Part shown: positions 30,137-38,221 of the stretch, piece by piece
Position numbering within the stretch: the first letter of the stretch is position 1
Layout of the letters: each line of letters starts with the position of its first letter
Source: Ignavibacteria bacterium
Lineage (GTDB): Bacteria; Bacteroidota; Ignavibacteria; Tepidaquicellales; OLB5
NCBI GenBank assembly: GCA_041859235.1
Contig: JBHEKV010000094.1
Location: 5,345-69,344, forward strand
Direction: 5' to 3'
DNA length: 64,000 nucleotides
Notes under the pieces: generated by a model
Databases searched by the model: none
Seen by the model: the letters and a program-made list of their open reading frames with translations, nothing else
What the model was told of the DNA's origin: nothing
Program-made: the position numbers and the translations under genes

Positions 30137-30223
30137 GGAGAGGTGCTCGAGTGGTTGAAGAGGCTACCCTGGAAAGGTAGTATACCTGCAAGGGTATCGT
30201 GGGTTCGAATCCCACCTTCTCCG
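30137..30223 (+). tRNA. tRNA-Ser (anticodon GGA)
   Basis: Acceptor GGAGAGG/CTTCTCC (one G-U), D-arm CTC-GAGTGGTTGAA-GAG, anticodon stem CTACC/GGTAG with loop CTGGAAA, long variable arm, T-arm GTGGG-TTCGAAT-CCCAC, discriminator G. Confidence 0.9.
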
Positions 30224-30227
30224 CAAA

Positions 30228-30470
30228 ATGTATTATGCCTATATTCTTAAAAGCCTGATGGATAATAAATATTACTATGGTTCAACCGGTGATATTACAA
30301 GCAGACTGAAACAGCATAATTACGGTAAAGTAAGATCAACCAAAGGCAGGATTCCCCTTGTGTTACATTATTCAGAACAATTTGAAAACAAATCAGAAGC
30401 TTCGAAAAGAGAGTTATTCTTCAAATCATTCAAAGGATATATTTGGTTGAAGAAAAATAATATCATTTAG
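30228..30470 (+). CDS. GIY-YIG nuclease family protein (COG2827/YhbQ-like, 80 aa)
   Basis: YAYILKS...YYYGSTGDITSRLKQHNYGK...STKGRIPLVLHYSEQFENKSEASKRELFFKS matches the GIY...YIG...R...H...E pattern of the URI/GIY-YIG domain. The ATG is 4 nt after the tRNA 3' end. Confidence 0.8.
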   Translation: MYYAYILKSLMDNKYYYGSTGDITSRLKQHNYGKVRSTKGRIPLVLHYSEQFENKSEASKRELFFKSFKGYIWLKKNNII

Positions 30471-30486
30471 ATAATGATATAATGGC

Positions 30487-30553
30487 ATCGTGGGTTCTCC
30501 CGAAGGGACTCCTTCAGGTCCTTCGGACCTTCGGAGGAATCCCACCTTCTCCG
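30487..30553 (+). repeat. Duplicated 3' fragment of tRNA-Ser(GGA) carrying a 41-nt insert in the T-loop
   Basis: ATCGTGGGTT (30487-30496) matches 30196-30205. AATCCCACCTTCTCCG (30538-30553) matches 30208-30223. The two are separated by a 41-nt insert where the intact tRNA has CG. Confidence 0.85.
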
Positions 30554-30558
30554 CAAAA

Positions 30559-30879
30559 ATGATTGAAAAAATATACAGAACCTTTGTAATCTTAGTTTTT
30601 TGCTCTAATATTTACTCAATATTTCTATATGTTTCATTAATTGCAGGATCATATGATCTATTATTTTCCAATATTCCAAATCCTTATTTTTACATTGTAA
30701 ATCCTTTTCTATTATTCCCTTTAAACTTCATATTAGCATTACTTTTATTGATGATTTTATATTTCAGGTCAACGAAAGATATCTATCATAAATTAAATAT
30801 TATAAATTTTTTCATTCCGCTTCTATGGATATTATATATTGTTATCTATGTAATAATTGATCCAACTGTTTTAGAATAG
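30559..30879 (+). CDS. Small hydrophobic membrane protein
   Basis: Start moved to ATG 30559 (MIEKIYRTFVILVF...). The upstream 23 codons of the tracked ORF translate the tRNA-derived repeat. Three predicted TM helices. Confidence 0.5.
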   Translation: MIEKIYRTFVILVFCSNIYSIFLYVSLIAGSYDLLFSNIPNPYFYIVNPFLLFPLNFILALLLLMILYFRSTKDIYHKLNIINFFIPLLWILYIVIYVIIDPTVLE

Positions 30880-30889
30880 TTTGCTGCAT

Positions 30890-30920
30890 AAAAAAAAGCC
30901 CGGCAATTGCCGGGCTTTGA
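30890..30920. terminator. Bidirectional rho-independent terminator
   Basis: AAAGCCCGGC-aatt-GCCGGGCTTT, with an A-run before and a T-rich tract after. It lies between convergent genes. Confidence 0.75.
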
Positions 30921-30936
30921 TCTGCATCAATTTCTA

Positions 30937-33900
30937 TTACTTCAGCAATACAAACTTTTTCACATCACTGAAATCGCCTGATTCCATTCTATAGAAGTAA
31001 ACACCACTTGCCAGATACGAAGCATTAAAATCAACTTCATAATTTCCGGCAGTTCTCATTTCATTTACAAGTGTCTTAACTTCCCTTCCCAAAACGTCAT
31101 ATATCTTAATTGATACAAATGATTGTTTCGGAACAGAATATTTAATCCTGGTAATTGGATTAAACGGGTTTGGATAATTCTGTGCCAGTTCAAATTTAAC
31201 GGGTACCTGCTGATTGTTTACTGCTAAAACAGCGTTGTAAATTATGTTCAGGCAATAACTTTCCACTCTGCCAGTATCGCTTGTCGCCTGGTCATGTACT
31301 TTCAGTATCCAGTTTCCGTGCACATCAAGTCCGTTAAAAACATTCAATGGACTCTCTGGTCTGAATGTACCTGTAAACGGAGCAGTTCCGGTTGAAATAG
31401 AAACTGCTGAAGAATCATCAAACAGTGTATTGATATAGTTATCCCCGCCGGAACCCCGCCTGTTTGAAAGCGAGACTTCAATTCCCGTCGGAGAAATTAT
31501 ACTGAATGATATATCACCATCATACGTATGAAGAAGTGATTCCATTTTGAAATTCAGATCAACTATCGTACCTGACTGCGGTATATACAGAGTATCATAT
31601 GATATCTGATTATCCCTGATAGGAAGATATGTTTGCCTGCAGAAATTCTGTGCAGCCTGAGTAGTTATATTGAATCTGAAGTATCCTGATGCTGGAAGAC
31701 TTCCAATGTTATGGTTGGATGAGTTATCCCTTGCTTTAATTACATAGAAAATAGAATCACCGGGAGTAACTTCGTTATTTGCTGAATTAAAAGTACCTGC
31801 GAATACACTTCCGCCTGTATTGTTGAGCCTGAAAGACTTCACAGGTGAGGGAGTATTTTTATACCACTCAACCCAAACGCTGTCAATACCTATATTATCA
31901 GTTACATTACCTGAAACATTCACTGGCCACATTGGCTGTCCTACATCCGTTATCTGCGTATGAGTGATAACGGGCGGGGTTACATCTGCTGATGCTGTAA
32001 AGCTGAAATAACCTGAAGGCGCATCGGGCGGGAGAACTGTAATTCTGTTGAGCATATCGCATGTTTTAAGATAATACTTATAAACGGATGCTGCCCCATT
32101 ACCAGGTATAGACGCGCTCCAGTTATTTCCGGATGAATTTGTCATCGCGATACTGTCAGTAAATATACTGCCCCGTGTCCAGAAAAGCTTCGTCTTCGCG
32201 GGATCAATGGCTGAGCCTGAAGGAGTTATAACGCAGTTAACAACATAAGGTCCGTTCAGATTCTCAGTGTTGGGTAAACAGTTATGCGCAATAACGGGTC
32301 CGTATGCAGCCTGGTAAATGGAAGGATCTCCAAAGCAGTTGTACATTTCGAGATACCTTCTTATATCACTTGTGATGCTGCCGTAATGCTGCACCAGGTA
32401 ATATTTTGCCATAACAAACATGGGGGCAGTTTTTTTAAGTCCGTCTGTAAACATTGCCCTGTACAGCCTCCGCTCAAGGATATCATCTTCATCCCAGAAT
32501 GAATTTACAGAAGAGCCCCAGAACACTGAACCTGCTTTTGGTCTTCGGATCCATGTCTCGCCAAAACATTCTGCATTCTGATACTGTCCGGTAAGGCATG
32601 CAAATGAATATACAAACGGGAAGTAGCTGTTGTTAAGAGCATTTACCTGAGTTTGATTCAGAGGCGGTCCGTCAGCCCAGCTTGTTGTACTGCCATGCCC
32701 TGAATAAATTGCAAAAACCTGGTTGTTGTTGAGTGCATCTATCAATTGCTGGGTAGTTGCATTATAAGTATGAGTATACAGTTTTACATTTGTGTATGAA
32801 GGCGCCGTAAAAAAACTATCAATTACAAAATTATGGGTGCCTTCGGTAATTGCCCAGTTATCGGTTGATGCCATGAAAACATTCTTCTTTGGCAGCGCAC
32901 CGATATTGCTTTCCATGTAAATAGTCTTGGTGATAATATTGGTCAGTTCTGTGGAATTGGCAACCGGGAATCTGCCTATAAACGCATCTGCAAACGGGTC
33001 ACTGCCTTCAAGCAATGTATAATTGAGATCCGTATGAGGATTATCGGAGCCAATTCCGGTCCATTCCGGAATTTTATCAATATCACCTGCCAAAAGTATA
33101 AATTCAGGACGTGTAGAAATATTATTATACCTGTTCTGAATATAGCTTTGGATAGCCGAAGTAGTTGTACCGGTTATACTGGTATTCACCATTAAAACGC
33201 TGTACCCCATGCTTGATTTATAAGCAGCAAAAGGTCCCATTACAGATTCATATTCAGGGGGTGTTATGATCAAATAGTTATTTGTCCCTGTGTAATCAAC
33301 AGATTCTGAATTCACAGCCAGCGCACTCAAAATTTCTTTGAAAGCAGGGGCAATATCTGAATAGAAAGGCAATCCGGAAGAAAGGTTTATTCTGATGCTG
33401 GCTTTAGTGGTGTAAGAAATTCTGCCCGCCGATGGATCATACCTGAATGGCATAATTGAAACCAAAACAGCTTTAACTCCGCCAATCACTATCGGTTCGG
33501 AAATCTTTATAAGCGGGTCTGAAATGCTCCCGGATGTAGTATAATAATTTCGGTTGATAGTAAACGGACGGTCTTTAAGCTCCCTGGATTTCTCCCATGA
33601 CGCCTGCGAAGGAAATACTTTGTGCTGAAGATATTTTTCCTCAACAGATTGATTTTGTATATAAAATTCCGGAGATGTTTCTGCTTTGTTGATGATGAGG
33701 ATGAAAGTGAGCTGGGGTAACATTGGCAAGCCTTCATTCGGGGTGATACCAAAATTTTCAATATTAATGATATCAAACAACTCACCTTCTCTGGTAACAG
33801 TCTGCGAACTGTAAGCCGGAAGGCTGAATTCCATTTCATATCCGTTATGTGCCTTAAACAGTTTAACACTGTTTATACTCTGCGAATATGAAACAAAACT

Positions 33901-33954
33901 TACTGCCGTGCACAGCAAAATAACAGCAATCACGGCTGCAGTAAAGCGCTTCAT
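30937..33954 (-). CDS. Peptidase C25 (gingipain-like cysteine protease) with P-domain and T9SS C-terminal sorting domain
   Basis: C25 hallmarks: YLIITP...FILLAGD, catalytic His region IYSGHGS, catalytic Cys region YSFACLTGQY. P-domain-like HTYDGDISFSIISPTGIEVSLSNRRGSGGDNY. CTD YPNPFNP...GVYFYRMESGDFSDVKKFVLLK. Confidence 0.8.
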   Translation of the reverse strand: MKRFTAAVIAVILLCTAVSFVSYSQSINSVKLFKAHNGYEMEFSLPAYSSQTVTREGELFDIINIENFGITPNEGLPMLPQLTFILIINKAETSPEFYIQNQSVEEKYLQHKVFPSQASWEKSRELKDRPFTINRNYYTTSGSISDPLIKISEPIVIGGVKAVLVSIMPFRYDPSAGRISYTTKASIRINLSSGLPFYSDIAPAFKEILSALAVNSESVDYTGTNNYLIITPPEYESVMGPFAAYKSSMGYSVLMVNTSITGTTTSAIQSYIQNRYNNISTRPEFILLAGDIDKIPEWTGIGSDNPHTDLNYTLLEGSDPFADAFIGRFPVANSTELTNIITKTIYMESNIGALPKKNVFMASTDNWAITEGTHNFVIDSFFTAPSYTNVKLYTHTYNATTQQLIDALNNNQVFAIYSGHGSTTSWADGPPLNQTQVNALNNSYFPFVYSFACLTGQYQNAECFGETWIRRPKAGSVFWGSSVNSFWDEDDILERRLYRAMFTDGLKKTAPMFVMAKYYLVQHYGSITSDIRRYLEMYNCFGDPSIYQAAYGPVIAHNCLPNTENLNGPYVVNCVITPSGSAIDPAKTKLFWTRGSIFTDSIAMTNSSGNNWSASIPGNGAASVYKYYLKTCDMLNRITVLPPDAPSGYFSFTASADVTPPVITHTQITDVGQPMWPVNVSGNVTDNIGIDSVWVEWYKNTPSPVKSFRLNNTGGSVFAGTFNSANNEVTPGDSIFYVIKARDNSSNHNIGSLPASGYFRFNITTQAAQNFCRQTYLPIRDNQISYDTLYIPQSGTIVDLNFKMESLLHTYDGDISFSIISPTGIEVSLSNRRGSGGDNYINTLFDDSSAVSISTGTAPFTGTFRPESPLNVFNGLDVHGNWILKVHDQATSDTGRVESYCLNIIYNAVLAVNNQQVPVKFELAQNYPNPFNPITRIKYSVPKQSFVSIKIYDVLGREVKTLVNEMRTAGNYEVDFNASYLASGVYFYRMESGDFSDVKKFVLLK

Positions 33955-34101
33955 GTTTTTAGCTCCTGGTGTAAGAATTATTTTTTAGAACGAGTTACAC
34001 CATACAAATATAAGGTGTAAACCGGGGTTTTAATATATAATAATATGTTCCATATAAGCTGCCGGATAAGAAACTATTTTTAAGAATAACAATAATTTAG
34101 T

Positions 34102-35517
34102 TCAATGTTTAATACCATCAAGCCTGTTTTGATAACTTCTTGATGGAAACTTGATAAGATACTCAGTCCCATTGTTAAAATTGTACTCTATTAAACCGTC
34201 AATCTGATCGCAAAGCATTTTTATAAGCGTCATACCCAGGGTTTTGGTTTTACCGGGTAATACATTTTCCGGAAGTCCGCCGCCGTTATCGCCTATCTTG
34301 AGCAAAAAATCAGGACCTGAGCATTTCAGTTCAAAGTACACCTTTCCGGAGCTTTGGTGATCAAATGCGTGCTTAAGCGAATTGGTAAAAACTTCATTTA
34401 TCAGCAATCCCAGTGGAATAGCGGTATCGATGCTGATTCTTATTCCGGATGTATCAATCACCAGCTCGATTTTTTCTTTGCTAACCCCGAAGATCTTAAA
34501 AAGATTAACCGCAAGTCGTCTAACATACAGCGAAAAATCTATTTCAGAAAGACTGTTTGACTGGTAGAAGCTCTGATGGATAAGAGACATCGAAACAACC
34601 CTGTTCTGAATTTCACGGAAAGAATTCAGAACAGACACGTCATCTATTTCGGCTGCCTGCATATTTATCAGGCTTATAATTACCTGCAGGTTATTCTTCA
34701 CACGGTGATGAATTTCCTTAAGCAGAACCTCTTTTTCCTTCAGTGAATTCCTTATAAGCAATTCGGCATTTCTACGCTCGGTAACATTTCTTACTATTCC
34801 AAGTATCTCGCCGTTCACAATACCACGATCCATAAGAGCAGTGAGCACTTCACCATACAAATACTCTCCTTCGGAGTTTATAAATCTCATTTCATAACTT
34901 TGTGTCCTGCTTCCTTCCTTTGTTCCCTTGAACTTTGTCAAAGCCAAACCAAGATCATCAGGATGAATAAGCCCGGAAAAGTCCCTTCCAATCCAGTCTT
35001 CTCTTTTGAGCCCGGTAACACTATCAAATGCTTTGTTCAGAGAGATAATTATTCCCTCCGAGGATAAGGTATAGATAATATCCCTCGCGGATTCTATGAG
35101 CAATCCATATCTGCTTTCCGCAGATTCTCTGCGTCTTTTTTCTTTTGCTTCAATTAATGCCCTGTTTATAGTAGGAAGCAATTTGTAGAGTTTATTCTTC
35201 AGAACATAATCTGTAGCACCCTTTTTCATTGATTCTACCGCAGCATCCTCTCCCATAGTTCCTGAAACAAGGATAAACGGAACTTCCGGACGAATGCTTA
35301 TAGACTTTTCCAGGGCCTTCAGGCCATTGTAAGAAGGCAGGCTGAAATCGCTGAATACGATATCATAATCAGAGTTCATAAGAGACTCAGTAAAATCGAT
35401 TTCGTTATCAACCCGTTTGTAATCAAAATCCAAACCTGCTAACTCAAGCTCGTTGAGCACAAGCTCTGAGTCATTATCGTCATCTTCAAGATGTAAAATA
35501 TTTAGTCTATCCGCCAT
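34102..35517 (-). CDS. Hybrid receiver-PAS-histidine kinase (HisKA_2/HWE-like H-box)
   Basis: N-terminal REC domain (DDDNDSEL...DIVFSDFSLP), a PAS region, H-box EIHHRVKNNLQVIISL, and a C-terminal HATPase_c (GDNGGGLP). Confidence 0.8.
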   Translation of the reverse strand: MADRLNILHLEDDDNDSELVLNELELAGLDFDYKRVDNEIDFTESLMNSDYDIVFSDFSLPSYNGLKALEKSISIRPEVPFILVSGTMGEDAAVESMKKGATDYVLKNKLYKLLPTINRALIEAKEKRRRESAESRYGLLIESARDIIYTLSSEGIIISLNKAFDSVTGLKREDWIGRDFSGLIHPDDLGLALTKFKGTKEGSRTQSYEMRFINSEGEYLYGEVLTALMDRGIVNGEILGIVRNVTERRNAELLIRNSLKEKEVLLKEIHHRVKNNLQVIISLINMQAAEIDDVSVLNSFREIQNRVVSMSLIHQSFYQSNSLSEIDFSLYVRRLAVNLFKIFGVSKEKIELVIDTSGIRISIDTAIPLGLLINEVFTNSLKHAFDHQSSGKVYFELKCSGPDFLLKIGDNGGGLPENVLPGKTKTLGMTLIKMLCDQIDGLIEYNFNNGTEYLIKFPSRSYQNRLDGIKH

Positions 35518-35538
35518 AACATTATTAGTAATATTTTA

Positions 35539-35985
35539 TTAAGACCTCCGGGGCGTTTCATTAATCAAAGCCCAGAAAATTCCAAGATTCTTTACAGCAT
35601 CAACAAAATCATGAAAATCCACCGGCTTTACAACATATGCGTTCACTCCCTTTTGATAGCTTGCGATGAGATCTGATTCTTCTTTTGAAGATGTTAAAAC
35701 AACTACAGGGATCGCCTTGAACTCGAGAGTGCTCTTGATCTCATCAAGGACTTCCTGACCGTTTATCTTTGGTAATTTGAGGTCAAGAAGTATAACCACA
35801 GGATTCCCGTTTGCTCTGGCTGAAAACTTTCCGCGCTTATACAGATAGTCAAGCGCTTCTTCGCCATCCCTCGCAATATCTATAAAATTGGCAAAATTAT
35901 GCTCCGATAACGCATCAATGGTCAATTCCAGATCATTTTCGTTATCTTCAACTATTAATATTCTGTTTAGATTATCAACTGCCAT
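35539..35985 (-). CDS. Single-domain response regulator (receiver only)
   Basis: ILIVEDNENDLEL...ILLDLKLPKINGQEVL...VVVLTSS...K; 148 aa with no output domain. Confidence 0.88.
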   Translation of the reverse strand: MAVDNLNRILIVEDNENDLELTIDALSEHNFANFIDIARDGEEALDYLYKRGKFSARANGNPVVILLDLKLPKINGQEVLDEIKSTLEFKAIPVVVLTSSKEESDLIASYQKGVNAYVVKPVDFHDFVDAVKNLGIFWALINETPRRS

Positions 35986-36021
35986 AGTTTAAATATTTAC
36001 ATTTTGTTAAAAAAAATTCCG

Positions 36022-37953
36022 TTATTTTGGCAAAGAAAAATGAAAAGACGCTCCTTCACCGGCTTTGCTTTCTGCCCAAACAGTACCATTATGCCTGCTT
36101 ATGATCCTCTTTACAGTGGCAAGCCCAATGCCTGTTCCTTCATATTCATCATCCCTGTGCAGCCTTTGAAAAACTCCAAATAACTTATCTGAATAATTCA
36201 TATCAAAACCGCAGCCCGAATCCTTCACGGTATAAACATTCTCGTTTTCTCCTGACTCTCCGGTGATTTCTATTATCCTTTTCAGAGATCTTGAAGTGTA
36301 CTTCACTGCATTAGAGAGAAGATTGTTCAGGACAATTTTCATCTGGAAGGGATCAGCCGTAACCGCGGGCAGTCTTTCTACATTCCATGTTATTTCTCCT
36401 TCATGAGGATCATGATTGTACTCGGAAATAAATTCATCAACAATATTATTCAATTCAATCCTGGAAACAGATAAACCGGTCCTTCCTACTCTGGAAAACA
36501 TAAGCAGATCGTCAATTAATCTTCCCATTTTCGCTGCGCTGGCGTTTATCTTTCCAAGCAGCCTTAGTTCTTCGCTGCTCAAATGATCCTGGGAAATTCG
36601 TTTCAGTTTCTCTCCAAAACCAATTATATGCCTTAGCGGGGCCCTTAGATCGTGTGATACAGAATAACTGAACGATTCAAGTTCGCTGTTGCTCAGCTGC
36701 AGCAATGTATTCAGCTTTGCGGTACGTTCTTCAGATCTCTTTCTCTCGGTAATATCAGTAGAAATTCCGCACATTGCGTATACATTGCCACCGATATCAG
36801 TTAAAGGGAACTTTTGAGAAAGATAAGTGTGGACTCCATCCTGCAAAACGGCAGTCTCCTCAAACTCATGGGGGTTAAGGCTTTCTATGACTATTCGGTC
36901 ATGATCCTCATAAATCTTTACTGCCTCCGGATGCGCCGGAAAGAGGTCTGTCAGGGTTTTGCCCAAAAATTCCTTTTCATTAAGTCCGTGGTTTTGCTGC
37001 GTAGCTTTATTGACCATTATGAACCTTCTGTTAAGATCCTTAAGGTAAATTGCGGAAGTTGAATTATCTATTATAGCTCTTAACTTCCTTTCACTTTCGA
37101 TAATCTCATTTTCATATCTGCCTTTTTCAGCTTCCTGTTTTTTAAGAGCTGCTGTATTATAGATCACCACAATAAATAAGGCGGCTATAACACATATTAC
37201 AAATATAGCCACACCAGTTGAGTAGCCATACAAGCCAGCATTTTCCCCTAAGATCCTCAGCCATCCCAGGAGGACAGGCAGAAGTATTACCAGCGGAATC
37301 ATCCTCCTGCTGATTACCGCGCTTGCCGCGCTTCCGCTAACAAGCTGCATAAAAAAACTCTGTTTATCCGCAAGAGTAATCCCTGCGAAAAATACAAGAA
37401 ACATAGCCGACGTGTTCAAAGCCATGGGTGTATAGTTCCCGACATGATAGAATGATGATATTTTATAAAGGAAACCAAGGGCAGCAAACAGAGAAACGAA
37501 GCCGGCGCCGAACAGAGCAAACTGAACAATATTTCTGATAAGCGGTTTAGTGCTCTTTAGAAAAAGCAATATGAATCCTGCGGTAAACAGAAGTACTGCG
37601 GTATTAGGTGCCATTTTGCTTGAGCTTTGTAATACACGCGGGAGCAAAAGATCCAAGGTAACATATACTCCTGAAATGTAATGCAGCAGAGCCAGGAATG
37701 AATTACCTGTAACAAAAACTGCTATGGCCGCAATCAGATTCCTGTGATGTTTCTTTGAAGAAAGCAGTACTAATGCGGTACCTAGTGAAATAAAACAGAG
37801 GGCTACCACAGAATTCATTGGTACATATCCGGGAAATACATTTTGAAACGGAGCAATATCCAAAACAAGACCTGTAAAGAACAAAATACCGGTTAAGATA
37901 TTTATATATCCGCAAACACGTACAGCCATATCAGAACCAGATATTTCTTTCAT
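36022..37953 (-). CDS. Membrane sensor histidine kinase (multi-TM N-terminus, PAS, HisKA, HATPase_c)
   Basis: About 7 TM helices, a PAS domain, H-box SHDLRAPLRHI, and N/G boxes (LLSNAVKYT, DSGCGFD, GTGIGLA). Confidence 0.85.
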   Translation of the reverse strand: MKEISGSDMAVRVCGYINILTGILFFTGLVLDIAPFQNVFPGYVPMNSVVALCFISLGTALVLLSSKKHHRNLIAAIAVFVTGNSFLALLHYISGVYVTLDLLLPRVLQSSSKMAPNTAVLLFTAGFILLFLKSTKPLIRNIVQFALFGAGFVSLFAALGFLYKISSFYHVGNYTPMALNTSAMFLVFFAGITLADKQSFFMQLVSGSAASAVISRRMIPLVILLPVLLGWLRILGENAGLYGYSTGVAIFVICVIAALFIVVIYNTAALKKQEAEKGRYENEIIESERKLRAIIDNSTSAIYLKDLNRRFIMVNKATQQNHGLNEKEFLGKTLTDLFPAHPEAVKIYEDHDRIVIESLNPHEFEETAVLQDGVHTYLSQKFPLTDIGGNVYAMCGISTDITERKRSEERTAKLNTLLQLSNSELESFSYSVSHDLRAPLRHIIGFGEKLKRISQDHLSSEELRLLGKINASAAKMGRLIDDLLMFSRVGRTGLSVSRIELNNIVDEFISEYNHDPHEGEITWNVERLPAVTADPFQMKIVLNNLLSNAVKYTSRSLKRIIEITGESGENENVYTVKDSGCGFDMNYSDKLFGVFQRLHRDDEYEGTGIGLATVKRIISRHNGTVWAESKAGEGASFHFSLPK

Positions 37954-38221
37954 TAACGTGAACTCTATTTTTCGAAATTAAACAATATAGGGTCTCAGTA
38001 TAATAACTAAAATCAGGGAGCCCCGTTCAAAAGAGCATTTTCAGTATTTTACACAATATTATGTTCTAATCGCAGTACTTCAAGGCAAAAAACAATACAA
38101 ACCCCGGAAACACAAAAAGTACCTGATTCATTACTACCCGAAAATAACGTGAATAATCCACAAAAAGGGTTTTAAATTAACTTATTCTTTACAATATTTG
38201 TAAAAATAACTCTAAAATCAG

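Larger units (their letters stand above)
30224..30553 (+). mobile_element. Candidate GIY-YIG cassette bounded by tRNA-Ser(GGA) 3'-end direct repeats
   Basis: Direct repeats of the tRNA 3' end flank a single nuclease ORF. Both downstream ORF junctions read CTCCGCAAA(A)ATG. No integrase or transposase is present. Mobility is inferred only. Confidence 0.3.

Noticed and set aside
29920-30180. Tracked ORFs 29920-30105 (minus) and 29986-30180 (plus).
   Set aside because: Both simply read through the two tRNA-Ser genes and the hairpin between them. They have no coding features.
30490-30558. N-terminal 23 codons (MGSPEGTPSGPSDLRRNPTFSAK) of tracked ORF 30490-30879.
   Set aside because: This stretch is the translation of the duplicated tRNA fragment and its structured insert. 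The hydrophobic protein plausibly starts at ATG 30559, the same junction position as the GIY-YIG ATG relative to the intact tRNA.
22418-33954. Looked for diversity-generating retroelement or other hypervariation signatures (template/variable repeat pairs, reverse transcriptase) around the large surface proteins.
   Set aside because: No reverse-transcriptase-like ORF exists in the window, and no near-identical repeat pair with A-specific differences was seen by eye.
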